Assembly: GCF_033153115.1 (NCBI RefSeq)
Contig: NW_026889790.1
Span: 3,596,001-3,660,000, forward strand
Reading direction: 5' to 3'
DNA from: Saccostrea echinata
Lineage: Eukaryota
DNA: 64,000 bases
How positions within the stretch are numbered: position 1 is the stretch's first letter; each line of letters opens with the position of its first letter. Below the pieces are notes generated by a model. The model saw only the letters and a program-made list of their open reading frames with translations. It was not told where the DNA came from and ran no database searches. The position numbers and the translations under genes are program-made. Positions 53,101 to 64,000 of this stretch are shown piece by piece.

Positions 53101-55382
53101 ATTTTCATGAGGAGTAAAGAAAGCGGTTTGGTAGAACGTTTACTAGAACCCGCAATGTAAAGAAAGCGGTTTGGTAGAACATTTACTAGAACCCGCAATG
53201 TAAAGAAAGCGGCTTGGTAGAACGTTTACTAGAACCAACAATGTAAAGAAAGCGGCTTGGTAGAACATTTACTAGAACCCGCAATGTAAAGAAAGGGGCT
53301 TGGTAGAACATTTACTAGAACCCGCAATGTAAAGAAAGCGGCTTAGTAGAACGTTTACTAGAACCCGCAATGTAAAGAAAGCGGCTTGGTAGAACGTTTA
53401 CTAGAACCCGCAATGTAAAGAAAGCGGCTTGGTAGAACGTTTACTAGAACCCGCAATGTAAAGAAAGCGGCTTGGTAGAACGTTTACTAGAACCCGCAAT
53501 GTAAAGAAAGCGGCTTGGTAGAACGTTTACTAGAACCCGCAATGTAAAGAAAGCGGCTTGGTAGAACGTTTACTAGAACCCGCAATGTAAAGAAAGCGGC
53601 TTGGTAGAACGTTTACTAGAACCCGCAATGTAAAGAAAGCGGCTTGGTAGAACGTTTACTAGAACCCGCAATGTAAAGAAAGCGGCTTGGTAGAACGTTT
53701 ACTAGAACCCGCAATGTAAAGAAAGCGGCTTGGTAGAACGTTTACTAGAACCCGCAATGTAAAGAAAGCGGCTTGGTAGAACGTTTACTAGAACCCGCAA
53801 TGTAAAGAAAGCGGTTTGGTAGAACGTTTACTAGAACCCGCAATGTAAATAAAGCGGCTTGGTAGAACGTTTACTAGAACCCGCAATGTAAAGAAAGCGG
53901 CTTGGTAGAACGTTTACTAGAACCCGCAATGTAAAGAAAGCGGTTTGGTAGAACATTTACTAGAACCCGCAATGTAAAGAAAGCGGCTTGGTAGAACGTT
54001 TACTAGAACCAACAATGTAAAGAAAGCGGCTTGGTAGAACATTTACTAGAACCCGCAATGTAAAGAAAGCGGCTTGGTAGAACATTTACTAGAACCCGCA
54101 ATGTAAAGAAAGGGGCTTGGTAGAACATTTACTAGAACCCGCAATGTAAAGAAAGGGGCTTAGTAGAACGTTTACTAGAACCCGCAATGTAAATAAAGCG
54201 GCTTAGTAGAACGTTTACTAGAACCCGCAATGTAAAGAAAGCGGCTTGGTAGAACGTTTACTAGAACCCGCAATGTAAAGAAAGCGGCTTGGTAGAACGT
54301 TTACTAGAACCCGCAATGTAAAGAAAGCGGCTTGGTAGAACGTTTACTAGAACCCGCAATGTAAAGAAAGCGGCTTGGTAGAACATTTACTAGAACCCGC
54401 AATGTAAAGAAAGCGGCTTGGTAGAACATTTACTAGAACCCGCAATGTAAAGAAAGCGGCTTGGTAGAACGTTTACTAGAACCCGCAATGTAAAGAAAGC
54501 GGCTTGGTAGAACGTTTACTAGAACCCGCAATGTAAAGAAAGCGGCTTGGTAGAACATTTACTAGAACCCGCAATGTAAATAAAGCGGCTTAGTAGAACG
54601 TTTACTAGAACCCGCAATGTAAAGAAAGCGGCTTAGTAGAACATTTACTAGAACCCGCAATGTATCTCTGTAAAGATTTTTCGTGAAGTTTAGGGACCCA
54701 GTATACAATAGGTAAATCATATAGGCAGTTGGCTGTCCTTTTCTCTCTCTTAATTGTATGAATAAAAAGAGTATGGAAAAGCTTGAGTAAAAGCGTTTGA
54801 ATTGACGAAAAGCACTAGTAAAAGTTATCTTTCTTATCAACCAGCTTTAAAAAATATTCTTCCCTTTTTTCAGCAATTACACTGTATTTCGAATTTCGTT
54901 CTTGCGTTGGTGTTTTATCATGATATATAAGCGAATTTACTCGAAAGTTTTCCTGTGTTGACAAAAAATGTAATATGAAATGCAATACTTTTTTAAGACC
55001 TTAAAATGATATTTAAAAGTTATCAATATGTATGTATGGTGGTGTTGGGCGGGGAGGGGATGTATATATGGTGGTGTTGGGCGGGTGGGTGATTTTGAAC
55101 TAATATGCAATCCAATCACAGTGTTGGTGATAACCAGCTGAAAATTACGAAAGTCCAGAAGGCTCATTCGAAATTCAAATTTCGAGATTAGCCAAAAGGG
55201 CAGTAATCAAATTTTGAATCCGAATTTTGATTGGCTAATTTAGTTCTTGAATCGCGAAATTCGAATTTCGTATTTTGAATCTCGAATGAGCCTTCTGGGA
55301 TTTCGTAGAAAATACCTTCATTGTTTGTCAAGTCCCATCCTTGAAGAAGGTAGAAAGACTGAGCATGTGATAATGTCATCAT
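50105..55382 (-). CDS. Copper transporter CTR/SLC31 family, atypical paralog (CTR-A), ~245 aa. Exons 55316-55382, 51102-51198, 50105-50678; probable UTR exon ending at 59815
   Basis: MMTLSHAQSFYLLQGWDL, TM1 GLTGALLCTLVLTLIHE, TM2 HCLMAFLHVFRVYVCCLLVMSLMTYNVW, TM3 GLGSGVGY. Intron phases 1 and 2 match the neighbouring paralog. Confidence 0.85.
51850..52830 (-). mobile_element. Degenerate Penelope-like RT fragment
   Basis: Conserved 3' tail at 51960-52025 and YIDD / GISMGTSCP-like segments on the minus strand. Confidence 0.65.
52436..52617. mobile_element. MITE with 5-bp TSD (ACATC) nested in the retroelement fragment
   Basis: TIRs cataggcatcggaa / ttccgacgcctatg; acatc on both flanks. Confidence 0.85.
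53114..54663. repeat. Homogeneous 43-bp minisatellite, ~36 copies, intronic in CTR-A
   Basis: Unit gtaaagaaagcggcttggtagaacgtttactagaacccgcaat; no spacers. Confidence 0.95.
55146..55307. mobile_element. TA-flanked MITE 8 nt from a CTR-A splice donor
   Basis: tacgaaagtccagaaggctcattcga / tcgaatgagccttctgggatttcgta inverted repeats. Confidence 0.7.
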
Positions 55383-55504
55383 CTGAAAGGAAAAGAGAAT
55401 TTTTTTTTTCAACTTGAAAATTGTTCTTTTTGCCAGACCATAATGGATTATTGAACATAGTGAGCATATTTCAACATTATATCATACATGCGTGAATACA
55501 AAAT

Positions 55505-55915
55505 GAAATGTGAAGATAACGAACTGTGATCTTGCTCATTTATACAATTGTGAGCAGAGCAAACATGGACTTCTAAAAACATAGGTGTTATTAGGTACCA
55601 CGGAGGAGTAAGCATCCCCTGTCGACCGGTCACACATTCTGTGTGTTCCTTATCATGATCGGGTAAACGAGAAAATCCTTAGACATATTCAGTGTGAAAA
55701 TAATGGTCTAAAAATTGGTTTGAAAGATGTCAGTCAATATTCGACTTTACGACAGATTGTATTTGCAAACAAGGTAATAGCATCGACCATGGAATTTGCA
55801 AAATGTTGACTTTAAAACAAGATTGTTGATATCCGTGTATTATCAACTTATTTATCAATAACCTGCCTCATTTTAGAAATTGTACGTACGTAGAACTTTT
55901 GTATCAAATCAACTG
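55505..55915 (-). mobile_element. Penelope-like retroelement 3' fragment
   Basis: ggaggagtaagcatcccctgtcgaccggtcacac tail plus degenerate upstream RT C-terminus. Confidence 0.7.
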
Positions 55916-56100
55916 GGACTTGTAGTTGGCAAAAAAAAATTTAATTTTTTTTTTATACAATTGCTGTGTCTTTGTTCTGAAATGAAAAACTATTATCACA
56001 ATGTGAAGGGATTGAAGTGTAGAATTTTTCTCTTATATATTATGTAACATTTAACAAGCTCTGAACACACCTTCACCACCACCCCCCCCCCCCCCCCACA

Positions 56101-56137
<37 letters not shown>

Positions 56138-56704
56138 CATATGGAAATAAAGAAGTTATGATGAATTAAAACGAAATAGCATAAATTGCTTAAAATGTTA
56201 TATATCGTGATACACAGTGTTTGTACAGCGATACAGTATATTTTTTGTGTATTGCGTTATATCGGTATATCGATAAGACCCTAGACTAATTTGCACCATT
56301 GGTATTTCCCGACCAACCCTGAACTAATAGGTATTTGTGAAAAGAACCTTGGCTAAAACTATTTTTCATATCATAATGCAGTTTGTCGAGACGAATTATT
56401 TTCAATTTCATATCAATTTTTTTTTTTGTTTTTCTATTCCATGTGAGGTCACACAATAATAAAAAAAATCTACAATTGCATAAATGTCAAAATTCAAACT
56501 TTGATAGTTATTTCATGATGATCATTTAAAAAAATCAACCAAAAAAGTAATCTGATGCAGGGCAGACACACAGACCGAAAATTTAAGGAAAGTTGGAAGG
56601 GTATAAAAATACGTTAAAAAAAACAATGGAAATTCTAAGAACCTCATACGTCATTTAAACCATCTACGAGATACTTCCGCGAGACATTTCAATGTGTTTG
56701 TATT

Positions 56705-57028
56705 TTTTATGCCCCCGTATCGAAGATTCGGGGGTATATAGTTTTTGCTCTGTCCGTCCGTCTGTCTGTCTGTTTGTCCGCAAAAACTTTAACATTGCCC
56801 ATTACTTTTGATTGGTTGGAGCTATGGCTTTTATATTTCACATGTGTATTCCTTGCGACAAGACCTTTCTTTGGGTACCATCATATTTGACCCTGACCAT
56901 GGAGTTCGACCCAGTTTTGCAAAATTTTACCAATTTTTACCTTGGTCATAACTTTTGAACAGTTAGTGCTAGGGGAATCATACTTCAAATATGTAATCCT
57001 TGTAACAATACCAACAACTTTGACCCTT

Positions 57029-57059
<31 letters not shown>

Positions 57060-57305
57060 GGAAAACTTTAACGTTGGCCATAACTTTTGAACAGTTGGTG
57101 CTAGGCTTTCATACTTCACATATGTAATCCTTGTGAAAAGACCTTCCTTTGGATACCAACAACTTTTACCCATTGACCTTGGACTTTGACCTACTTTTGA
57201 AAAACTTTAACCTTGGCCATAACATTTGAACGGTTGATGCTAGGGCTTTCATACTTCACATATGTAATCCTTGTGACAAGACCTTTCTTTGGATACCAAC
57301 AACTT

Positions 57306-57336
<31 letters not shown>

Positions 57337-57640
57337 GGAAAACTTTAACCTTGGCCATAACTTTTGAACGATTTGTGCTATGGCTTTCATATTTCACATG
57401 TGTATTTATTGTAAGAAGGCCTTTCCTTGGGCACCATTAATTTTGACCATTTGACCTAGACCGTGATGTTTGACTTACTTTTGAAAAACTTTTTCCATAT
57501 CTATTCAATGGTTGCTGCTAGGGCTTTCATATTTCACAGGTATATTTCTCGAGACGAGACCTTATTTTTGATAGCGACACATTTGATTTGCATTTGAGAA
57601 AGTTTAACCTTTGCTGTGAGTTGCCATACGGGAGTGTTTC
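56705..57640 (+). mobile_element. Non-autonomous Helentron/pearl-type element, third copy of the 146-bp-core family
   Basis: ttttatgcccccgtatcgaagattcggggg, (tctg)n, repeated tttaaccttggccataacttttgaac cores. Confidence 0.85.
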
Positions 57641-58359
57641 ATCTACTTTATTTCATAAATGAAAATATTCGATGACACCACATGTACCGATAGTAATTTT
57701 CGAGTAGTGATACAAATTTTAACTAATTTTGCAACTTGAATTCGGAATACAAACATGCTTTTAACTAATATGTAATCGACATGATGTTACTTAAGCACCG
57801 GGACATGTTTGCAGGTCACGAAAGAGGTTTGATAAGACACTTTAAAAGATGGAAAAACTTCATTATCTTTCAGAAATAAGTAAATGTTCAGAATTACTCA
57901 GTGTATGTCAAATCCAGTTTGAATATTTATTGACAAAGTTTTCATTTTATCTTATTGAATTAGTGGTAAATTAAATATTCATTGAGTGGGGCATCCTAAC
58001 AGGTCTTAGTTTCAATGGATGTCCTTATCGACTCTTTGAACGAAGGTTTTCATCAAAACTGTTACATCTTAAAGTGAGTCATAGAACGATCCTGTGAAAT
58101 TCCATAGAGCTCGAGAAAATACCTCTTGCTATTGAATGTGTTTCTTTGTTACAAAGCAGAAAACGACGTTATTCCCGAAAATTATGGTCTTTCAATGTGG
58201 GAAATAGTAGGTTTAAACCTTTGGAAGAATATTTATTTCTGTTATAATATTATCGATAAGAAATGACCCTTTATTTTCATATACAACATTGCATGTTTAT
58301 CAACAGAACTTTGCTAGAAATTTTAGCTGAACATGGATTAAAAGTACATTTACTTGATG

Positions 58360-58997
58360 TCGGATTAACATCCAAAGATATTGCTAGAACACTAAGCATT
58401 TCATCGCCATAACATTTTATAAAATTCTGACAACAGAAATGAATATAATAATATTTCTATCAGATAGGTGCCTTATTTTCTTAAAATTGCCTAAGAGAAA
58501 AATACGCATTAAATATGCCAACGGTCTATTTCATAACAAATATTTTAACAAAATAGAAGATTTGTTAAATTTTCGTGATGGATGACGAAATATGGGTGTA
58601 CTTTTTGTAGCCAATATGGGTGTACTTTTTGTAGCCAAAAAGGAAGATGAATAATAAAATGTGGAATCAAAGAAAAAGCTAACGTTCTTATTATTGTAAA
58701 GAGAAACAATGACTCCAAGCATGTTTTATTTGTTTTCATTTTTTTCAAGTTGTCCAGTAAAACATGTACATACACCCAAACTTCCCAAAGGAAGGACCAT
58801 CAATGGTAACTTTTATGTTCAAATTGCACTGAGGAAAAATAAACGGATTTCCTGCGAAGGAAGTTTAAATACCGGCCCCCAGGGTAATTTTCTTGCACCT
58901 GACAACGCTGCGGCAAATAAGCACACAGAAATAAATGAAATTATGAAGAAAAGAAAGTTTACAGAGCTTTTGTCATCCCCCATGTTAGCTAAATCTC
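58360..58997 (+). pseudogene. Highly decayed mariner transposase remnant
   Basis: LTSKDIARTLSIS (HTH-like, ~58367-58405) and LPKGRTINGNFY...APDNAAANK...FTELLSSP. These resemble the mariner GxTINxxYY, HDNAxxH and LPHPPYSP motifs in order. Confidence 0.5.
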
Positions 58998-59466
58998 TAT
59001 GGAAAGCCATAGGGGACCCCCATGTCATGTTCTATATATTTCATTGTAAATCAATCCTACCCGGTCAGGATGGTAATCATGACCATGTCAAGATTTCAAA
59101 CATGACCAAGCCATGATTTTCATCATCTTGACCAAGTCAGGATTGATAACATGACCAACCTATCTTGGCCAAGTCAAGATTTATAACATGGCCATGCTAT
59201 CTTGGCCAAGTCAGGATTGACATGGCCATCCTATCTTGGCCGGTCATCATATAACATGGCCATCCTATCTTGGCCAAGTCAAGATTTAAAACATGGCCAT
59301 GCTATCTTGACCAAGTCATATGGAAAGCCATAGGGGACCCCCATGTCATGTTCTATATATTCCATTGTAAATCAATCCTGGTCATGATTACCATCCTGAC
59401 CGGCCAGGATTGATTTACAATGGAATATATAGAACATGACATGGGGGTCCCCTATGGCTTTCCATA
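58998..59466. mobile_element. TA-flanked foldback element with ~88-bp TIRs, internal ~36-38-bp repeats and an extra internal TIR copy
   Basis: tatggaaagccataggggaccccc... at 58998 and 59319, reverse complement ending at 59466. Confidence 0.8.
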
Positions 59467-60665
59467 AAGAAAAGGTCGTATGGATGAACAGAACACCATT
59501 AGGCTACGCCAATTGGTATACTAAGTGCGCTATACCTCTTTCTACATTTCTTAGTATTTAGTATTAAGGATAAAGTTTACTTTGTGAAAGTGCAAGGATG
59601 TGTCAATCAAACGCAACCCGAAATTCGTAGTTTCAATAAATTCCAGATAAAAGAAGATTCTGAACACGCTTATTTTATATTTCCGTGTGAAATGCTATAG
59701 CAACATGTAATTCATATCATACAGAAAATAAAAAATATTAACTTCAAATCTGTGTCCAGGCCCCTTTAAATACATCTCCGATATTTCTTTTAACAATAAA
59801 AAGAAAATACTTACCCGTTAAATCAGCAAATCTCGACAACTGTCGATGTACCAATAAGTATAAAGAAAGAGGAAAATTAAACCTTTTGGATTCTTGATTT
59901 TAATTAGGAGTGGTTAATTAGAAATGTTTATCTAAACAGAGTAGGCCGACTTGCTCAATAATTACTAATGGGACTATGATAATTGCTTGTTTGTTTTAAT
60001 AAATTGTCGGGACGGTTTGATAAAAGTAAATATATCTATTTTCTGCCTCAATATAATCAGTTTGACCTCTTGTGAATAACGTAGTACTACATTTATAAAT
60101 CAAAGATCTACTTTAGTTACCAAACATTTAACTTTATTAAAATTTCACAGTTTAATTTTATCAGGATGAATTTAAAACTGCAACATGTGGGGATCAAAGG
60201 ATAGCAATATTGAAGGAAATGATAGCATCTTTGACCTTAAAAGTTTTCGAACTAAAAATTACGTTAAGATAGGATAGCGTGTTCTTTAATGTGAAAATCG
60301 ACATATAAGAGATTGCGTCTGGTAATTGTAATTGCAGATAATATGCTAACCAAAACTACATGAATGCTTAGATTAGTCTCTATAGTCCATCTTTTCCCAC
60401 CATCTACCACATCACAAGTATCTATCTTAAAGAATTTAAAATTGCATCGTACAAAAACTTTATTTTTATGTCAAAAAATGTAAACCAATAAACAAAACAA
60501 TGTAAATAAAAGTACACAGTTCATGCTACCCTTATAAACACTAAAGCACCATAAACAATAATTTAGAAATCAGATCTTGATATGTAACTATACACGTGTA
60601 CATGTAATAATGTAAAAAAAAAATTGCTGTTCCCATCTTTTGCTTATGTCCTGTTTGTGATGACG

Positions 60666-63600
60666 TCACAATGAGCAATCCTCGCAGTCTGCAGCGGACG
60701 GACTCTGTAACAACTTCAATTCTTGCTCCATGTCCTCGTTACCATGGCGATGGGATTTATCATTGCTGCATGTGACCGGACATGACGTAATTTTTTCTTC
60801 TATTATTGGATATGCCCATCCACACAGGAAATAGCCCAGTCCCAGTCCAGCAATGGTGGACAGAAATACCCAGACATTAAATGTCATTATAATTAACATA
60901 AGTATATAGCTATTGATCATTTGTATAAAATACAGCAACGTCTGTAAACCATGCTCCCGGCTCTTAATAGTTCCCCTACAACAAAATACAGAATGATTAA
61001 TACAAGTCTGTAATCTAAATGGTACCCCTACAACAAAATACAGAATGATTAATACAAGTCTGTAAACCATGCTTTCAGCTCTAAATGGTACCCCTACAAC
61101 AAAATAAGCAAAACTCCTAAATCAACATCTGTAGATCATGCTCACGGTTAGTAATGGTGCCCAAAATACGGCACGATTAATAAGTCAACGTTTATAGACC
61201 TTGTAATGGTACTATCATGTTTGAATTTTGAATTTACTAGGTGGAGGTTAAATTCAAATCACAACATGTGCTTCCTACCTGTCTTTGATGCGGTATCGCC
61301 TGTGTGCGTACTGTCGGAGACATTTCACGATCTGGTACAATATACCCAACAGAATGCTTCCTATACAGGTCAGAAAAAGGCCTGTCNNNNNNNNNNNNNN
61401 NNNNNNNNNNNNNNNNNNNNNNNNNNNNNNNNNNNNNNNNNNNNNNNNNNNNNNNNNNNNNNNNNNNNNNNNNNNNNNNNNNNNNNNNNNNNNNNNNNNN
61501 NNNNNNNNNNNNNNNNNNNNNNNNNNNNNNNAATCAGGAAAACTTTAAATGTAAGTTGTCTCTTTTAGAGCGTAGGCACATATGCAAAAATTTCATTGTA
61601 GCCGCCCATTCAGCCTGATCTGTTACAATTATAAGAAACGTTTCGCACCATCATTTTGAAATGGTGTTTTAACGGTAGCCCCCCCCCCCCCTCCCCCTTG
61701 GTCAATGAGTTTGACATCCGCAGCTTTATGAAAAAGAATTTGGCGCCAAATGTCCTACCTATTTTCGTGTTGAGGTTCCATTCCTTGAACAAAATCGGAA
61801 CATTCACACCAATCGAGAAAAACTGCATATGCTGCAAACAGAAAAAACGAAAGGTGCTAAAATTAGAAATACATAAGTTGATAAACTTACTCTAACCCCT
61901 AACAGTTAAATGAGGCGACTTGGGGTTCACACACCGTATAATTCATAATGTTCAGAATGTCGCTCGCCTCCGGGGAATGAAACTTTCCGATGTAGTAGAT
62001 AGCCCTGTAAAATTCGTCAATAATTACATACAGAGTAGTCTAAGGTAGCTCAACTTCACTAAATCACACCTGGATATTTATATGAAAAAATAATATAAAA
62101 AGAACATGGTTGACGATACGATAGCGAATCTTGCATTTATAATTCCTTTACCAGGATCAAAGAATCGACACATCATTGGTTCAGCTTACTATTCTATCAA
62201 AAGTGTGTAGGATGGTTTCATACGCGTTGTCTCCACCTCGCACGGGGATGAACTAGTGTCACCCTCGAGATCCCTACCTTAGTTTTATTGTCTTGGATGT
62301 CATAACAACGGACTTTTTCCACTCAATTTATTTAAATTTTAATTTGTTATACTTTTATTTTAAAGTTTGTTTTACTTTTTAGTATGGTTTGGCAAGAAAT
62401 AATTTATTTGAAAGATAGTTCAGGACTTCAATGCAGTCTTAACATTTACAAGTGTCTATAATTGAGACATCTGAAAGGCTACGTATGAACAGTAGGCAGT
62501 ATTTTTGGATATTATACTTTCATGTAAATTACTTGAATATGATTCGCCGAGAAACATTTGTTACCCCTAACTACATGCAATATGTTGTACATGGATGTCC
62601 TTATCTATCAACTCTCTCTCTTCTCCCATTTCTCTCCCCCCCCCCCCTCCAGCTACAACCCCCCTCCCGTAATCTGATACAGAGGTCTGCAGTCCATACA
62701 GCATCAAAATGATACATATTACTTTCACAAATATAAATCTATCTTAAAATCATCATACAAATCAATTGTGACACATATGGCAATATTCTATAGTTACCAG
62801 ACACCTTTGTTATTTACGAACAGAACAGAACAGAACATTTATTTTCTAATTTAGAGCCCATAACAGACAAGTATGAAATTATTACAATAATAAAGAAAAG
62901 ATATGCCAATGGATAGTACAACAATTTGTAAATGACATTGCTCATTTCAACAATAATATTGTACTATTTCAGTTAAAGGGAATACTATATATAAAAAACT
63001 GTATGGCTACTACAACATGTTATCATTTATGAATTTGTAATTTACGATGCTGAAGTTAAACGCCAAAATTCTCACAAGCATCGGGCCATCGCCAAATGCT
63101 GCCTTTCTTCTGCAGCTCGGACCCATTGACGGTAATGTTTTAATTTAGAGAAACAGTACTAAGTTTCAAAGAAATGCACACGTTTGCTTAGGTATGCAAT
63201 GAAGAGTCATTATAGAACATACACATGTATCTAAAAATTAAAAAGAAATCAATATATTTTGGGATTTTTTTGAAACCACATGAATATTGAAGTAGTAAGA
63301 ATTTACTGAGAAGGCAGTAATTAATCCAATAATCGAATAAATACATGTAAACCGTCTTAGGGATTAATGCAGTAAGTCTACATATATTTAGCATAATCAC
63401 ATTACATGTATAAGTACTCTCTTATGTACATTTATACCCGTAGAATGCGGGGGAGGGGGGCAGTCCCCCTTTTTTCTGGGTATAGTATTTTGCTATAATA
63501 AATTTACCATTAGATGATGGTTGCCCCCCCCCCCCCCCAATTTTTAGTGCTGTAAAGTCGAGCACTGGCAAATTCCAGGACATGGACAGTTAAGGAGGGG

Positions 63601-63819
63601 TTTTTTTTTTGCTTGTCAGATTATTTTGGGAAGTTGGCGCCCCTTCCCAATATTGTTTCCTATGGAGAAGTTTTTTTTTTTTTTTTTAATTTTATTTTTT
63701 TACATAAATCTGTTTGTTCAATTGACATATTTCAGATTTTTAATTAATAAAATCCAATAACACTCAGACAGCCATTTACATATACTCACGTTTGAGTGAT
63801 GGTTCGCATGTGAAGACAT
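60666..63819 (-). CDS. SLC31A1: High-affinity copper uptake protein, CTR1-like (CTR-B), ~171 aa. Exons 63790-63819, 61759-61831, 61279-61381, 60666-60975
   Basis: His-rich N-terminus MSSHANHHSNHMQFF, ILFKEWNL, TM1 GLFLTCIGSILLGILYQ, canonical MxxxM (YILMLIIMTFNVW) and GxxxG (GLGLG). All introns GT-AG with phases 0, 1, 2. Symbol indicates family likeness; orthology not tested. Confidence 0.85.
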
Positions 63820-64000
63820 TTTGGTCCCACTAATAGCATCAAACTTTCATGATTTTAGCTCCATCTACAATCAAACACATAGACTGTTTAGCTTAATTTT
63901 GATGGGTTGAAATTGTTACGAAATCTCTGTCACGCAATATTCCACGAAATATATATAATTAATTACTTTCTTTCTTTTAACTTTAACATTAGACAACACA

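Noticed and set aside
53114-54663. CRISPR-like regular array
   Set aside because: The 43-bp units are head-to-tail with no unique spacers, there are no cas genes, and the context is a eukaryotic intron.
60669-60680. CaaX prenylation signal at the CTR-B C-terminus
   Set aside because: The protein ends DCSL; the Cys is third from the end, not fourth.

Overview
AT-rich, intron-containing animal DNA. The repeat families and gene types point to a bivalve, probably an oyster; this is inferred, not looked up. Genes reconstructed by hand from GT-AG junctions with consistent phases: (1) a 15-coding-exon DNAJC21 (+, 14140-24009, ~541 aa); (2) a two-exon Mab-21/cGAS-like receptor with an intact nucleotidyltransferase motif (-, 28395-31365); (3) a B-box/coiled-coil/NHL TRIM-like gene (+, 39623-41245); (4) a two-exon acidic secreted orphan protein (-, 42630-44325) with a duplicated last exon at ~34.5 kb; (5) two tandem CTR/SLC31 copper transporters (-), one canonical (60666-63819) and one atypical (50105-55382). 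A weakly supported orphan gene starts at 5965 (-). The rest is rich in Penelope-like RT fragments, non-autonomous Helentron/pearl-type elements with satellite cores, hAT and mariner MITEs, and minisatellites. The most striking unexplained pattern is 'splice-junction echoes'. At five exon/intron boundaries in three unrelated genes, the junction sequence is copied in tandem into the adjacent intron, up to ~41 times. In the duplicated exon, an echo acceptor appears to have replaced a deleted acceptor in frame.
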